Shown piece by piece: positions 1 to 9,471 of a stretch of 37,938 nucleotides of DNA. The translations under genes were made by a program, and so were the position numbers. Within the stretch, counting starts at the first letter, position 1, and each line of letters begins with the position of its first letter. Source of the stretch: Methylococcaceae bacterium (lineage in GTDB: Bacteria > Pseudomonadota > Gammaproteobacteria > Methylococcales > Methylomonadaceae); contig JAUXDP010000001.1 of the NCBI GenBank assembly GCA_030618325.1, positions 1 to 37,938 of the forward strand, read 5' to 3'. The notes beneath the pieces are model-generated. The model was not told the DNA's origin. It ran no database searches and saw only the letters and a program-made list of their open reading frames with translations.

Positions 1-771
1 TATGAAGCCTTGCTAACCGGTGCACATAAAGCCGACCAGCACTTTCGAGACACGCCCTATGAACAAAACATACCGGTTATTATGGCCTTGCTGGGCATTT
101 GGTATAACAATTTTTTTAAGACTAGTTCTCACGCGCTGCTACCTTATAACCAGTCCATGCTGTATTTCACAGATTACTTTCAACAGGGAGATATGGAAAG
201 CAATGGCAAAAGCGTAGACCTCAATGGCGAACAGGTTGATTACGACACCGGGCCAATAATTTGGGGCCAGCCCGGCACCAATGGTCAACATGCATTTTTC
301 CAGCTCATTCACCAAGGTACAAAACTTATCCCCACTGATTTTCTTGCGCCCGCTATTAGCCGCTATAGCCTGCCAGAGCATCATAATATCTTGCTTTCAA
401 ACTATCTAGCGCAACCGGAAGCGTTAATGAAGGGAATAAGCGCTGAAGAAGTTCTGCAGGACTTGCCAGAGTCAGAGCGAGATGACAAAGTTATGAAAGC
501 CGCAAAGACTTTTGCCGGCAACAAACCTTCTAATTCATTCCTGTTCAAAAAACTCACTCCTGAGACCTTAGGTACCTTGATTGCCTTTTATGAACACAAA
601 ATTTTTGTCCAAGGCGCCATCTGGAACATCAATTCATTCGATCAAATGGGTGTAGAACTTGGCAAAAAACTGGCTAAAGTAATCTTACCGGAATTGCTGG
701 ATGATGAAGTCGTTACCGACCATGACAGCTCAACAAATGGCTTGATTAACTATTTCAAGAAAATCAGGTAA
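1..771 (+). CDS. pgi: Glucose-6-phosphate isomerase, C-terminal part (5' end lies outside the window)
   Basis: Frame 1 is open from base 1 (the TTG at 10 is only an ORF-caller start). Translation carries PGI hallmarks: [37 protein letters not shown]. Stop at 769-771. Confidence 0.9.
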   Translation, partial: YEALLTGAHKADQHFRDTPYEQNIPVIMALLGIWYNNFFKTSSHALLPYNQSMLYFTDYFQQGDMESNGKSVDLNGEQVDYDTGPIIWGQPGTNGQHAFFQLIHQGTKLIPTDFLAPAISRYSLPEHHNILLSNYLAQPEALMKGISAEEVLQDLPESERDDKVMKAAKTFAGNKPSNSFLFKKLTPETLGTLIAFYEHKIFVQGAIWNINSFDQMGVELGKKLAKVILPELLDDEVVTDHDSSTNGLINYFKKIR

Positions 772-781
772 CACAAGAAAA

Positions 782-2251
782 ATGGTTATTCCTAAGGCCC
801 TGGCCACCCGAATTACCATCATTCTAATTATTTTTCTCGGATCTACCTTATGGCTCACATCATGTGAAAAAAAACTATCGCTATTCAAAACAAAGCTAAC
901 CCGTCTTGAACAAATAAAACTAGCCGGAACGCTTAAAGTAGCCACACGCATAGATCCTACGACCTATTACCAAGGCCCTTCCGGTTTTATGGGCTTGGAA
1001 TATGAACTGGTTACATTATTTGCCAAGCAACTAGGCGTAAAAGTACAGTTTTCTACCCCCACCACTTTCACCGAAATTCTTCGACAAGTTGAAACAGGAG
1101 AGATAGACATTGCAGCTGCCGGACTTACGATTACGGAGCCTCGCCAACAAACCATGCGCTTTGCTCCTGCATACCAGGAAATTACCGAACAAATAATTTA
1201 TCGCTCAGGAACCAGACGCCCTAAAAAAATAGCCGATCTCGCCAAAGGCATCCTCGAAGTAGTCAGAGGCACTAGCCATATTGAATCATTAAAAACCCTA
1301 CAAAAAAAAGTGCCAGAATTAGTATGGGAGGTTAATAATAATCTCGATACTGACGGCCTAATCTACCTGGTCACTAAAGGCTTAATTGATTACACCATTG
1401 CAGATTCCAACCAAATCGCCCTGATCCGCCGTTTTTATCCAAAACTCCATACTGGATTTAGCATTTCTAAACCTAGGCGACTCGCCTGGGCACTGCCCCG
1501 CTCTGCAGATACCAGCCTTTACGATGAAGCCTCTTCTTTCTTCAACAAAATCAAACACAACAAAACGCTTGATCAATTAATTGAGCGCTATTACGGACAT
1601 TCTTCGAGCCTAAATTATGTCGGCTTATGTAAATTTAGAGAGCATGTAAAAAGCCGATTACCTATCTACCAACATTTATTTCAAGAAGCGGCTGAACAAC
1701 ATGACTTAGACTGGCGATTTCTAGCCGCTATTGGCTATCAAGAATCCCATTGGCGAAAAAATGCTGTTTCCCCAACTGGGGTCCAAGGCATTATGATGTT
1801 AACCAAAAATACAGCCAAACAACTAGGAATTAAAGATCGCAAAGATCCAGCTGACAGTATTATGGGCGGCGCCATATACTTTAAAAAAAGTATTAAAAAA
1901 ATACCAGAACGCATTCCGGAACCCGATCGAAGCTGGATGGCTTTAGCAGCCTATAATGTTGGTTTCGGTCATCTTGAGGATGCAAGAATTCTCACCCAGA
2001 AACAAAAAGGCAACCCCGATAGATGGATAGCAGTAAAAAAATCTCTGCCCTTGCTGACTCAGAAAAAATGGTATAAACAAACAAAGCATGGTTATGCCAG
2101 AGGCTATGAACCCGTTAAATACGTGGAGAATATCCGTAGTTATTATGACTTGCTCGTCTGGCTAACCGAAGAAAATCAAATAGAAAAAAATGTCATGTCA
2201 GCGAAAACTGGACTCAACAACGCACTGCTTATTCAACCTTATGCGCTTTAA
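782..2251 (+). CDS. mltF: Membrane-bound lytic murein transglycosylase F
   Basis: 489-aa ORF with an N-terminal hydrophobic leader ending in the lipobox-like LTSC. A solute-binding-protein-like domain is followed by an SLT domain (AIGYQESHW, SPTGVQGIMMLT, AAYNVGFGH). Near-collinear with E. coli MltF as I recall it. Confidence 0.85.
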   Translation: MVIPKALATRITIILIIFLGSTLWLTSCEKKLSLFKTKLTRLEQIKLAGTLKVATRIDPTTYYQGPSGFMGLEYELVTLFAKQLGVKVQFSTPTTFTEILRQVETGEIDIAAAGLTITEPRQQTMRFAPAYQEITEQIIYRSGTRRPKKIADLAKGILEVVRGTSHIESLKTLQKKVPELVWEVNNNLDTDGLIYLVTKGLIDYTIADSNQIALIRRFYPKLHTGFSISKPRRLAWALPRSADTSLYDEASSFFNKIKHNKTLDQLIERYYGHSSSLNYVGLCKFREHVKSRLPIYQHLFQEAAEQHDLDWRFLAAIGYQESHWRKNAVSPTGVQGIMMLTKNTAKQLGIKDRKDPADSIMGGAIYFKKSIKKIPERIPEPDRSWMALAAYNVGFGHLEDARILTQKQKGNPDRWIAVKKSLPLLTQKKWYKQTKHGYARGYEPVKYVENIRSYYDLLVWLTEENQIEKNVMSAKTGLNNALLIQPYAL

Positions 2252-2282
2252 CCTGGGAGTCTATCCGATAATAAAAAGCCTC

Positions 2283-3392
2283 CTAAATCAGCTTCTCAAT
2301 CGCCTTATAATTTCCCTGCATACCTAAAGCTTGAGCAACTTTAGGGTGGGTAATATACCCCGAAAAAGTGTTGATAGCTTTTGCTAAATGATTACTGGAG
2401 TTAAACATAGCCAGCCCTTGCCCAGCCAAATCCAATAAATACGGCATAGTCGCTTCGGATAACGCCATAGTAGACGTTCTTGGGTACGCCCCCGGCATAT
2501 TGGTTACACAATAATGAATGATGTCATGCTTAATAAATACCGGCTCTGAATGCGTGGTTGGTCTTGAAGTTTCAATACATCCTCCCTGATCAATACTCAC
2601 ATCAACAACAACAGAACCGCAGTCCATCTGTTTAATCATTGCCTCGGTTACCACATAAGGAGCTTTTGCTCCTTTACTAAGAACAGCCCCAACGACCAAG
2701 TCAGCCTCTATAATATACTGGGTTATGTTTTCATGATTGGATAAAAAAAACTGTGCTCCTGGCAAATTCGAATCAACAACCTGACGTCCTTTCTCCTCGT
2801 TCAATCCGGCAATAAAAACTTCAGCCCCCATACTCCATGCAACATGTGCCGCATGTTGGCCAACTACACCAGTACCAATGACCACCACTTTGCCATATTT
2901 TTTACCCAGGACTGTGCCTAGCTGCATTCCTTTACCTTGATTAAAACTGGCTAGAAAATAGCTACCCATCAATGTAGCCATATTCCCTGCAATAGCACTC
3001 ATTGGCGCTAAAATAGGTAAACGGCCTTGCTCATCTTCCAGAGTTTCATAAGCAATAGCTGTCACTTTATTTACTAACAAAGCATCTGTTAGCTCGCGCT
3101 GTACACCTGCCAAATGAAAAAAAGTAAAAATAATTTGCCGATCAAGATATTGATATTCTTCTGGCAATGGCTCTTTAACTTTGACAACCAATTCAACATT
3201 CCAAACTTTCACAACATCAACTAATGTTGCGCCCGCCTGTTCATATTTATCATTGGAAAAACCAGAACCGATGCCCGCATTGTTTTCTACAACAACGGTA
3301 TGTCCTGCCCGACACAGAGTGGCAACACCTTGTGGTGTCACCGAAACACGATTTTCCTTATCTTTTATTTCCTTAACGATACCAATTTTCAT
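2283..3392 (-). CDS. ald: Alanine dehydrogenase
   Basis: 369 aa with the typical N-terminus MKIGIVKEIKDKENRV. Rossmann motif VVVIGTGVVG. Length and overall pattern fit the AlaDH/PNT family. Confidence 0.9.
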   Translation of the reverse strand: MKIGIVKEIKDKENRVSVTPQGVATLCRAGHTVVVENNAGIGSGFSNDKYEQAGATLVDVVKVWNVELVVKVKEPLPEEYQYLDRQIIFTFFHLAGVQRELTDALLVNKVTAIAYETLEDEQGRLPILAPMSAIAGNMATLMGSYFLASFNQGKGMQLGTVLGKKYGKVVVIGTGVVGQHAAHVAWSMGAEVFIAGLNEEKGRQVVDSNLPGAQFFLSNHENITQYIIEADLVVGAVLSKGAKAPYVVTEAMIKQMDCGSVVVDVSIDQGGCIETSRPTTHSEPVFIKHDIIHYCVTNMPGAYPRTSTMALSEATMPYLLDLAGQGLAMFNSSNHLAKAINTFSGYITHPKVAQALGMQGNYKAIEKLI

Positions 3393-3667
3393 AGCCGACT
3401 ACTTTGCGTAGTTAATCATAGCTATGATTTTCTCATAAGGCCCCACCAAAGTCCTCTTTTGGTTCACCCCCACCTCAAAAACCATACACAAATGTCCGGT
3501 AATCTACAACTAACTTCCGAATAATTTGTGAATAAATTAGAATAATCATAAATTTGCTTAACTTTAACTAACAGTTCTTAAGTTTTGGTCTACACTTTTA
3601 GAACAAATTGGGAAAACTGTTTTTCTCACAGAGATTAAAACTTTGAGCGACAATATAAAGGTAAGAC

Positions 3668-5629
3668 ATGCGCAAACTTGAATTTAAAGAGCAGCTACAC
3701 GAATATTCGCAGTGGCGAGACAATCTGATACAAGCAATTGAAATGTACCAGGAATGGCGGAGTCGTTACGATTTATCTGATCCCCACAGTAACGATACCA
3801 TTTTAAACATGCTTTCAAATTTAGGTTCTGACCGTGTAACTCTGGCTTTTGCTGCAGAATTTTCCAGGGGCAAAACCGAGCTGATCAATTCACTATTTTT
3901 TGCCGAAACTGGAGTCAGGTTACTACCATCATCTCCCGGTAGAACGACCATGTGTCCTACTGAGCTTTTTCATGACGAAGAAGGTGGTCACTATATTCGT
4001 CTGCTCGATATTGAAAGTCGCCTCGAAGACACGTCATTAATTGAATTTAAGCAAAAAGTAAATCGCTGGACACAAATTGATCTCGATTGTGGATCACCCA
4101 CTCAAATGCAGGAAGCATTTAAGGAGCTCGTTGCGGTAAAAAAAGTTCCTAGAATGGAAGCAGAAAAACTAGGCTTGTGGAATGAAAGAGAAGCTGCAGA
4201 ACAAGGAATTGTTGACCCAGAAACAGTAGAAATTCCACGCTGGCGCCATGCCATGATAAGTTTCCCTCACCCCTTATTGATCGAAGGGTTATGTATTCTA
4301 GACACTCCAGGACTTAATGCCCTAGGAACTGAACCTGAATTAACGCTTAATATGTTACCCAGCGCACAGGCTATAATTTTTGTGCTCGCAGCAGATACTG
4401 GAGTGACTAAAAGTGATCTCGAAATGTGGCGCAATCATATTCGTGGTTCTCGCGGATCTAACAAGCAAGGCTTGGCTGTGGTGATGAATAAAATTGATGC
4501 CATGTGGGACGATTTACTTGGCGAGAATGGTTACGAAGTCTCAATAAAATCACAAATAAAAAATTCAGCCGCTACATTAGGAATCGATGAATCAGCAATT
4601 TTCCCGGTTTCAGCCAAACAGGCCTTATTAGCTAAAGTTAAATCTGATGATGATTTACTGGAAAGAAGCCGCCTGAGTGCTTTAGAAGATTACCTGTCAA
4701 ATGATATTTTGCAACAAAGACGAGAAATAGTGCTCGAGCGAATTTCACGCGACATCGGTTTTCTAGTCACTGAATCTTCCAATTTAACCAACAAAAAACT
4801 GCTTAACGCAGCTAAGCAACTGGAAGAATTCAAAAAAGTCGACTTTGAAAACAAAGATATGACCGGTAAATTAATGGCGGAAACCCGTGACCGGCAAAAT
4901 ATCTATCTGGAAAATGTGGAAAATTTTCAAGCCAGTCGTCGTGTTTTTGCTATTCAGGCAAAAATGTTGGTTGATTCCTTATCTAAGAATCGGATCTCTG
5001 AGATTATCAAAGGCACCAAAGAGGAAATGTCCAAAAGCCTGACTACTTATGGCATGAAGCAAAATATTCGCAAACTGTTTGATGAATTGCGTGATCTACT
5101 TCAGGACTCCGTCGATATTACCAATGAAACCCGACGTTTGGTTAAGGCTATCCATAAGAAATTTCAAGATGAGTATGGCTTCAAAGAAATTGAACCACAA
5201 CTGTTTTCGATTAAGAATTATCAATATGAACTGGAACAAATTTTCGACGAAGGTGACCAGTTTAGGAGCAGCGCTAAAACTACTATGACGGAACAGACCA
5301 TTGTCATTAACAAGCTATATAGCACACTGATCGCCAAAGCCAGAGAAATTCTGAAAGAAGCACACCGGGATGCTCTGACCTGGAGCAACAGCGTCTTAAC
5401 TCCGCTCATGCATCAGATTAAGGATCATAAGAAGCAAATTGAAAGTCGCTTGCAAATGCTAAGAAAAATCAATGAGTCTAAAGGTAGCATTGAAGAAAAT
5501 ATTGCTAACCTGGAAAAAGAATTAGATCCATTGAAAAGGCAGCGCCAGGAACTAGCAACAATCGTCAAAGCGATGCAGATGGAGGGATTTCAAGCAGAAG
5601 AAACGGAAAAAGAATTGGCAGAAGCCTAA
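3668..5629 (+). CDS. Bacterial dynamin-like GTPase (dynamin family protein), solitary
   Basis: 653 aa. GTPase motifs appear in the correct order: G1 AEFSRGKT, G3 DTPG (ILDTPGLNA), G4 NKID. The remaining ~350 aa are charged and heptad-like (coiled-coil stalk), with no TM segment. AAGG lies 6 nt upstream of the ATG. Confidence 0.75.
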   Translation: MRKLEFKEQLHEYSQWRDNLIQAIEMYQEWRSRYDLSDPHSNDTILNMLSNLGSDRVTLAFAAEFSRGKTELINSLFFAETGVRLLPSSPGRTTMCPTELFHDEEGGHYIRLLDIESRLEDTSLIEFKQKVNRWTQIDLDCGSPTQMQEAFKELVAVKKVPRMEAEKLGLWNEREAAEQGIVDPETVEIPRWRHAMISFPHPLLIEGLCILDTPGLNALGTEPELTLNMLPSAQAIIFVLAADTGVTKSDLEMWRNHIRGSRGSNKQGLAVVMNKIDAMWDDLLGENGYEVSIKSQIKNSAATLGIDESAIFPVSAKQALLAKVKSDDDLLERSRLSALEDYLSNDILQQRREIVLERISRDIGFLVTESSNLTNKKLLNAAKQLEEFKKVDFENKDMTGKLMAETRDRQNIYLENVENFQASRRVFAIQAKMLVDSLSKNRISEIIKGTKEEMSKSLTTYGMKQNIRKLFDELRDLLQDSVDITNETRRLVKAIHKKFQDEYGFKEIEPQLFSIKNYQYELEQIFDEGDQFRSSAKTTMTEQTIVINKLYSTLIAKAREILKEAHRDALTWSNSVLTPLMHQIKDHKKQIESRLQMLRKINESKGSIEENIANLEKELDPLKRQRQELATIVKAMQMEGFQAEETEKELAEA

Positions 5630-5632
5630 ATG

Positions 5633-5672
5633 CTACATAGGTTGGAGGGACGAAAACCCCCAACCTATGTAG
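5633..5672. terminator. Hairpin between the convergent dynamin-like gene and trmB, likely a bidirectional terminator
   Basis: Arms ctacataggttggaggg / cccccaacctatgtag give 16 bp with one bulged A and a 7-nt loop. gtttt follows on the + strand. The right arm contains the trmB stop codon. Confidence 0.55.
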
Positions 5673-6339
5673 GTTTTCGAAAAATCAAATCCCACACACC
5701 GTGGCCCAACCGAACGCCTCGACGTTCAAATTTAGTAATAGGCCGATAATCTGGCCGCTTACAATAGGTACCACCGGAGCTTTCATTAGCTAAAATAGAT
5801 TGTTGCCTTAATACATCAAGTATATGTTCAGCATAGTTTTCCCAGTCCGTTGCAGCATGAAAATACCCACCTTGTTGTAATTTTCTGGTAACTAGCGCTA
5901 TAAAATCAGGCCTGACTATGCGTCTTTTATGATGCCTTTTTTTGGGCCAGGGGTCAGGAAAAAACAAATGAACCCCTGCGAGACTATTGTCGGCAATTTG
6001 TTGCTCAAGAATATCTATCGCATCGTGGCAATATACCCTAACATTAGTAACCTCTCTTTGCTCCAATTGTAATAACAAATGACCGATCCCGGGCCTATGC
6101 ACTTCGACCCCCAAATAATCATGCTCTGGATTAGCCGCAGCCATTTCCACCAGAGTGCCGCCATTGCCAAACCCTATTTCCAGAAATAGCGGCGCTGATC
6201 TACCAAATACCTGAGAAAACTGATAAGGCTGACTTGGCTCCAGCCCATATTTGAGCCATAACTGATCGATGGCCTGCTGCTGCCCGGGGGTTATTCGTCC
6301 TTGGCGACGAATAAAGCTGCGGATTCTATAGCTGTTCAA
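5665..6339 (-). CDS. trmB: tRNA (guanine46-N7)-methyltransferase
   Basis: 224 aa. SAM-binding LEIGFGNG and the TrmB-typical FFPDPWPKKRHHKRR. The start is TTG, forced because an in-frame stop lies immediately upstream. thiG-trmB adjacency matches Pseudomonas. Confidence 0.9.
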   Translation of the reverse strand: MNSYRIRSFIRRQGRITPGQQQAIDQLWLKYGLEPSQPYQFSQVFGRSAPLFLEIGFGNGGTLVEMAAANPEHDYLGVEVHRPGIGHLLLQLEQREVTNVRVYCHDAIDILEQQIADNSLAGVHLFFPDPWPKKRHHKRRIVRPDFIALVTRKLQQGGYFHAATDWENYAEHILDVLRQQSILANESSGGTYCKRPDYRPITKFERRGVRLGHGVWDLIFRKPT

Positions 6340-6380
6340 TTATTTAGTTACAAAGAGTAAGAGATATCTTAAAAACATAT

Positions 6381-6458
6381 TTTCACCACGAAGGACACGA
6401 AGAGCACGAAGTTTTTATCTGATTTTCCTTCGTGCTCTTCGTGTCCTTCGTGGTGAAA
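6381..6458. repeat. Perfect 31-bp-stem inverted repeat (16-nt loop) built from CACGAAG units; REP-like element or strong terminator
   Basis: 6381-6411 (tttcaccacgaaggacacgaagagcacgaag) is the exact reverse complement of 6428-6458. On the minus strand the hairpin is followed by atatgttttt. Pairing extends imperfectly to about 6371-6470. Confidence 0.85.
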
Positions 6459-6468
6459 ACATATGATT

Positions 6469-7446
6469 TTAGAAAAACAATCCGTCTATAGGAGATGAAG
6501 CGGATGCAAAACGCTTACGCGGCATTCGCCCTGCAAGATAAGCTTCTCTGCCAGCTTCAATCCCTTTTTTCATTGCTGAGGCCATCAGCACAGGATTTTT
6601 TGCCGCTGCAATGGCAGTATTCATAAGCACACCATCACAACCCAATTCCATAGCAATAGCGGCATCTGATGCTGTTCCTACCCCTGCATCGACTAAAATC
6701 GGTACATTGGCATTCTCAACGATAGTCAATATATTATGTGGGTTGCGAATTCCCAGACCGGACCCTATCGGCGCAGCCAGTGGCATTACAGCTACACAAC
6801 CTATATCCTCCAGGCGTTTTGCGGCAATCGGATCGTCATTGGTGTATACCATGACATCAAAGCCATCTTTAACCAATAATTCTGCAGCAACAAATGTGGC
6901 TGCAACATCAGGGAATAGAGTTTTTTGATCTGCCAGAACCTCAAGCTTAACCAATTTATGGCCACCCAACAATTCTCTGGCCAGACGGCAGGTTCTAAGC
7001 GCATCTTCCACATTAAAGCAACCCGCTGTATTGGGCAGGATAGTATATTTATCTGGAGAAATGACATCCAGGAGATTAGGTTCATCCGCATTTTGCCCAA
7101 TATTAGTTCGGCGAATAGCAACAGTAACAATTTCCGCACCGCTGGCTTCAATTGCCAAACGGGTTTCTTCCATATCTTTATATTTACCAGTACCCACCAG
7201 AAGTCTTGATTGAAAGTCTACACCTGCAATCTGGAAAGAATCATTCTGCCCACCGCCAATAGCTTGAACGACTTCCAACCGGTCATCTTCTTTTAACAAT
7301 TGCGTCGGGTGTTGGTCAAAAGGCAATATTTCTTTGTTTAGTTCGACAGCAATTCGGTTTCCGGTCAACCCTAAATCTGCAACAACCTGGGCTACAGCAA
7401 CATTTTCGTCATAACGGCGAACTTCACCATTAACATAGATCTTCAT
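6469..7446 (-). CDS. thiG: Fused sulfur-carrier protein ThiS / thiazole synthase ThiG
   Basis: Single 325-aa ORF. Residues 1-66 look like ThiS, ending in VQAIGGG, and run without a stop straight into a full-length ThiG ([18 protein letters not shown] ... [13 protein letters not shown] ... VLMNTAIA). Confidence 0.85.
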   Translation of the reverse strand: MKIYVNGEVRRYDENVAVAQVVADLGLTGNRIAVELNKEILPFDQHPTQLLKEDDRLEVVQAIGGGQNDSFQIAGVDFQSRLLVGTGKYKDMEETRLAIEASGAEIVTVAIRRTNIGQNADEPNLLDVISPDKYTILPNTAGCFNVEDALRTCRLARELLGGHKLVKLEVLADQKTLFPDVAATFVAAELLVKDGFDVMVYTNDDPIAAKRLEDIGCVAVMPLAAPIGSGLGIRNPHNILTIVENANVPILVDAGVGTASDAAIAMELGCDGVLMNTAIAAAKNPVLMASAMKKGIEAGREAYLAGRMPRKRFASASSPIDGLFF

Positions 7447-7461
7447 TTTTTTTACTCCAGA

Positions 7462-8532
7462 TTAATCGTTAACAGCTCGACGTTTTTGAACAGCGAGCGC
7501 TAAATCATTCAAAAGCGGTACAGTTTCTTCCCAGCTCAAACAAGCATCAGTAATACTTTGTCCATAGACCAGCTCTTGCCCTTCAACCAAAGGCTGGTTA
7601 CCTGCACGTAAGTGACTTTCGATCATAGTGCCGATAATTCTTTTGTCACCATTGGCAATTTGTTCACCTACATCGGCAGCAACAATTAGCTGGCGTTGGC
7701 ACTGTTTTAAGCTATTGGCATGACTGAAATCAATCATGATGTTAGGACGAATACTAGCTTCATCCAGACCCTTTGCCGTATGTTCAACATTGACCGCATC
7801 ATAGTTTGGCTGATCACTACCTCCACGCAAAATGATATGAGCATCGTTATTGCCTGTGGTCGAAAAAATCGCCGATTGTCCAGCTTTCGTTACTGAGAGA
7901 AAATGATGAGGGCTCATGGCCGCGCCAATCGCATCGATAGCAATTTTGATCGTACCATCGGTGGCATTTTTAAACCCTACGGGACAGGATAACCCCGAAG
8001 CTAATTCCCGATGCACCTGACTCTCAGTAGTTCTCGCTCCAATTGCCCCCCAGGTAATCAAGTCAGAAATGTATTGAGGCGTAATCAAATCAAGATATTC
8101 TGTTGCAGCAGGAATACCTAATTCGTTAACATCCAATAACAGTTGCCGTGCAATCTTCAAGCCTTTATTGATATTAAAATTGGCATTTAAATCAGGATCA
8201 TTAATCAATCCCTTCCAACCAACCGTTGTCCGAGGCTTTTCAAAATAAACCCGCATGACAATCTGCAGATCATCCTTTAGTTCGTCTTTTACAATTTTCA
8301 AATTGCGAGCATACTCAAGGGCTGCTTGCGGGTCGTGGATAGAACAAGGACCAACTATAACTAATAGCCGATCATTATCTCCGTACAGAATGTCATGAAT
8401 AGCCTTCCGCGCTTGCAAAATCGTATTAGCTGCAACTTCGCTGATCGGAATTTCTTCATGAACCTGGTCGGGTGAAATGACTTCTTTAGTTCCACTAATT
8501 CTTAAGTCATCAGTATTGAATGTTTTTTGCAT
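7462..8532 (-). CDS. aroG: 3-deoxy-7-phosphoheptulonate (DAHP) synthase, class I
   Basis: 356 aa, near-collinear with E. coli AroG/F/H: GPCSIHD, VYFEKPRTTVGWKGLINDP, IGARTTESQVHRELASGLSCPVGFKN. Feedback specificity, and therefore the exact symbol, cannot be read from the sequence. Confidence 0.9.
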   Translation of the reverse strand: MQKTFNTDDLRISGTKEVISPDQVHEEIPISEVAANTILQARKAIHDILYGDNDRLLVIVGPCSIHDPQAALEYARNLKIVKDELKDDLQIVMRVYFEKPRTTVGWKGLINDPDLNANFNINKGLKIARQLLLDVNELGIPAATEYLDLITPQYISDLITWGAIGARTTESQVHRELASGLSCPVGFKNATDGTIKIAIDAIGAAMSPHHFLSVTKAGQSAIFSTTGNNDAHIILRGGSDQPNYDAVNVEHTAKGLDEASIRPNIMIDFSHANSLKQCQRQLIVAADVGEQIANGDKRIIGTMIESHLRAGNQPLVEGQELVYGQSITDACLSWEETVPLLNDLALAVQKRRAVND

Positions 8533-8697
8533 GACAGCAACCGGACTGTATTCCTAAAAAAACCGTATATTTTAACTTTTTTACTTGAAAAGTGTTAGTT
8601 TGTTTTGCTCAGGAATCCATATTTCTTCACGACCAAGTTTCATTGTGCATCACTTGGTTGTTATACTATTTTCAACTTTCAAATTTGGTACTTTTTT

Positions 8698-9471
8698 ATG
8701 ACTCTTTCTCGAGGGAAATTTCAACTCCCGCTAATACTATTTTTCAGCCTGACCTCAATGAGCGCTCATTCTGATAAGCTTGACCAGGCTATCAAGGTTG
8801 ATACGGCAACCAATAACACGGCTATCCAATCGCAAAAGAAAATTGATAACTTGAGCAACCAAGCTCAAAAAGCATTGGCCGAATATCGATCCGCTACCCG
8901 CCAAACTGAAACATTAAAGACTTACACTAGCCATTTGCGGGAGCTGATTAAATCACAGACTGAAGAAAAAACCTCCCTTCAACAACAACTCGAAGAAATT
9001 GAAACTACTCAGCAAGAGATCGTACCGTTAATTTTACGTATGCTGGATAGCCTGGAAAGTTTTATTCAATTGGATCTGCCTTTTTTACCTACAGAGCGGC
9101 AGCAACGCTTATCCTTACTTAAAGATATGGTGGTAAGAGCAGATGTGACTAACGCAGAAAAATTCCGACGCATCATGGAGGCTTATCAAATCGAAAATGA
9201 TTACGGAAAAACTATTGAAGCTTATCGAGCTAACTTGGATATTAATGGTAACACCAGTTCCGTTGATTTTTTACGCATGGGCCGGGTAGCTTTGTATTAT
9301 CAACGTCTGGATGGTAGTGAAACAGGATTTTGGAATAGAGAAACCAAGGCTTGGGAAACCCTGGACTCAGATTACCGTAACGCTATACGTAAAGGTTTAC
9401 GGATGGCTCGAAAACAAACAGCACCAGACCTAATAATAATTCCTGTTCCTGCAGCGGAGTCAGCAAAATGA
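8698..9471 (+). CDS. DUF3450-type periplasmic coiled-coil protein (TtpB-like), first gene of the TonB2-type cluster
   Basis: I prefer the internal ATG at 8698 (MTLSRGKFQLPLILFFSLTSMSAHS, a signal peptide) over the TTG at 8605. The protein is coiled-coil rich, and its stop overlaps the next gene's start (ATGA). Confidence 0.7.
   Translation: MTLSRGKFQLPLILFFSLTSMSAHSDKLDQAIKVDTATNNTAIQSQKKIDNLSNQAQKALAEYRSATRQTETLKTYTSHLRELIKSQTEEKTSLQQQLEEIETTQQEIVPLILRMLDSLESFIQLDLPFLPTERQQRLSLLKDMVVRADVTNAEKFRRIMEAYQIENDYGKTIEAYRANLDINGNTSSVDFLRMGRVALYYQRLDGSETGFWNRETKAWETLDSDYRNAIRKGLRMARKQTAPDLIIIPVPAAESAK

Noticed and set aside
3601-3615. gaacaaattgggaaa: GAAC-N7-GAAA, a near copy of the direct-repeat box proposed for lexA, about 55 bp upstream of the dynamin-like gene.
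   Set aside because: It has a mismatch in a core tetranucleotide, and a 7-of-8 match is expected by chance many times in 38 kb. It is worth revisiting only if the GTTC-N7-GTTC operator is confirmed.
3617-3631. ctgtttttctcacag upstream of the dynamin-like gene looks like a gamma-type LexA box.
   Set aside because: It is CTGT-N7-ACAG, one base short of the canonical CTGT-N8-ACAG spacing. The lexA promoter in this window also shows no such palindrome, so there is no support that this motif is used here.
6611-7213. Several 60-116-aa ORFs on both strands inside thiSG (6611-6928, 6801-7151, 6925-7209, 7031-7213). Similar shadow ORFs lie inside the adaptor, permease, rho, dynamin and other genes.
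   Set aside because: They lie entirely within, and out of frame or antisense to, long ORFs with unmistakable family signatures. Their translations are low-complexity with no motifs, which is typical of shadow ORFs.
7447-7461. Looked for a TPP riboswitch upstream of thiSG and an FMN riboswitch upstream of ribA (28775-28858).
   Set aside because: The spacers are only 15 bp and 84 bp and lack the conserved riboswitch cores, so no riboswitch can be claimed.
8533-8697. Looked for a Fur box upstream of the TonB2-type cluster.
   Set aside because: No convincing match to the 19-bp GATAATGATAATCATTATC consensus was found by eye. Absence cannot be proven without a PWM scan, so no feature is reported.
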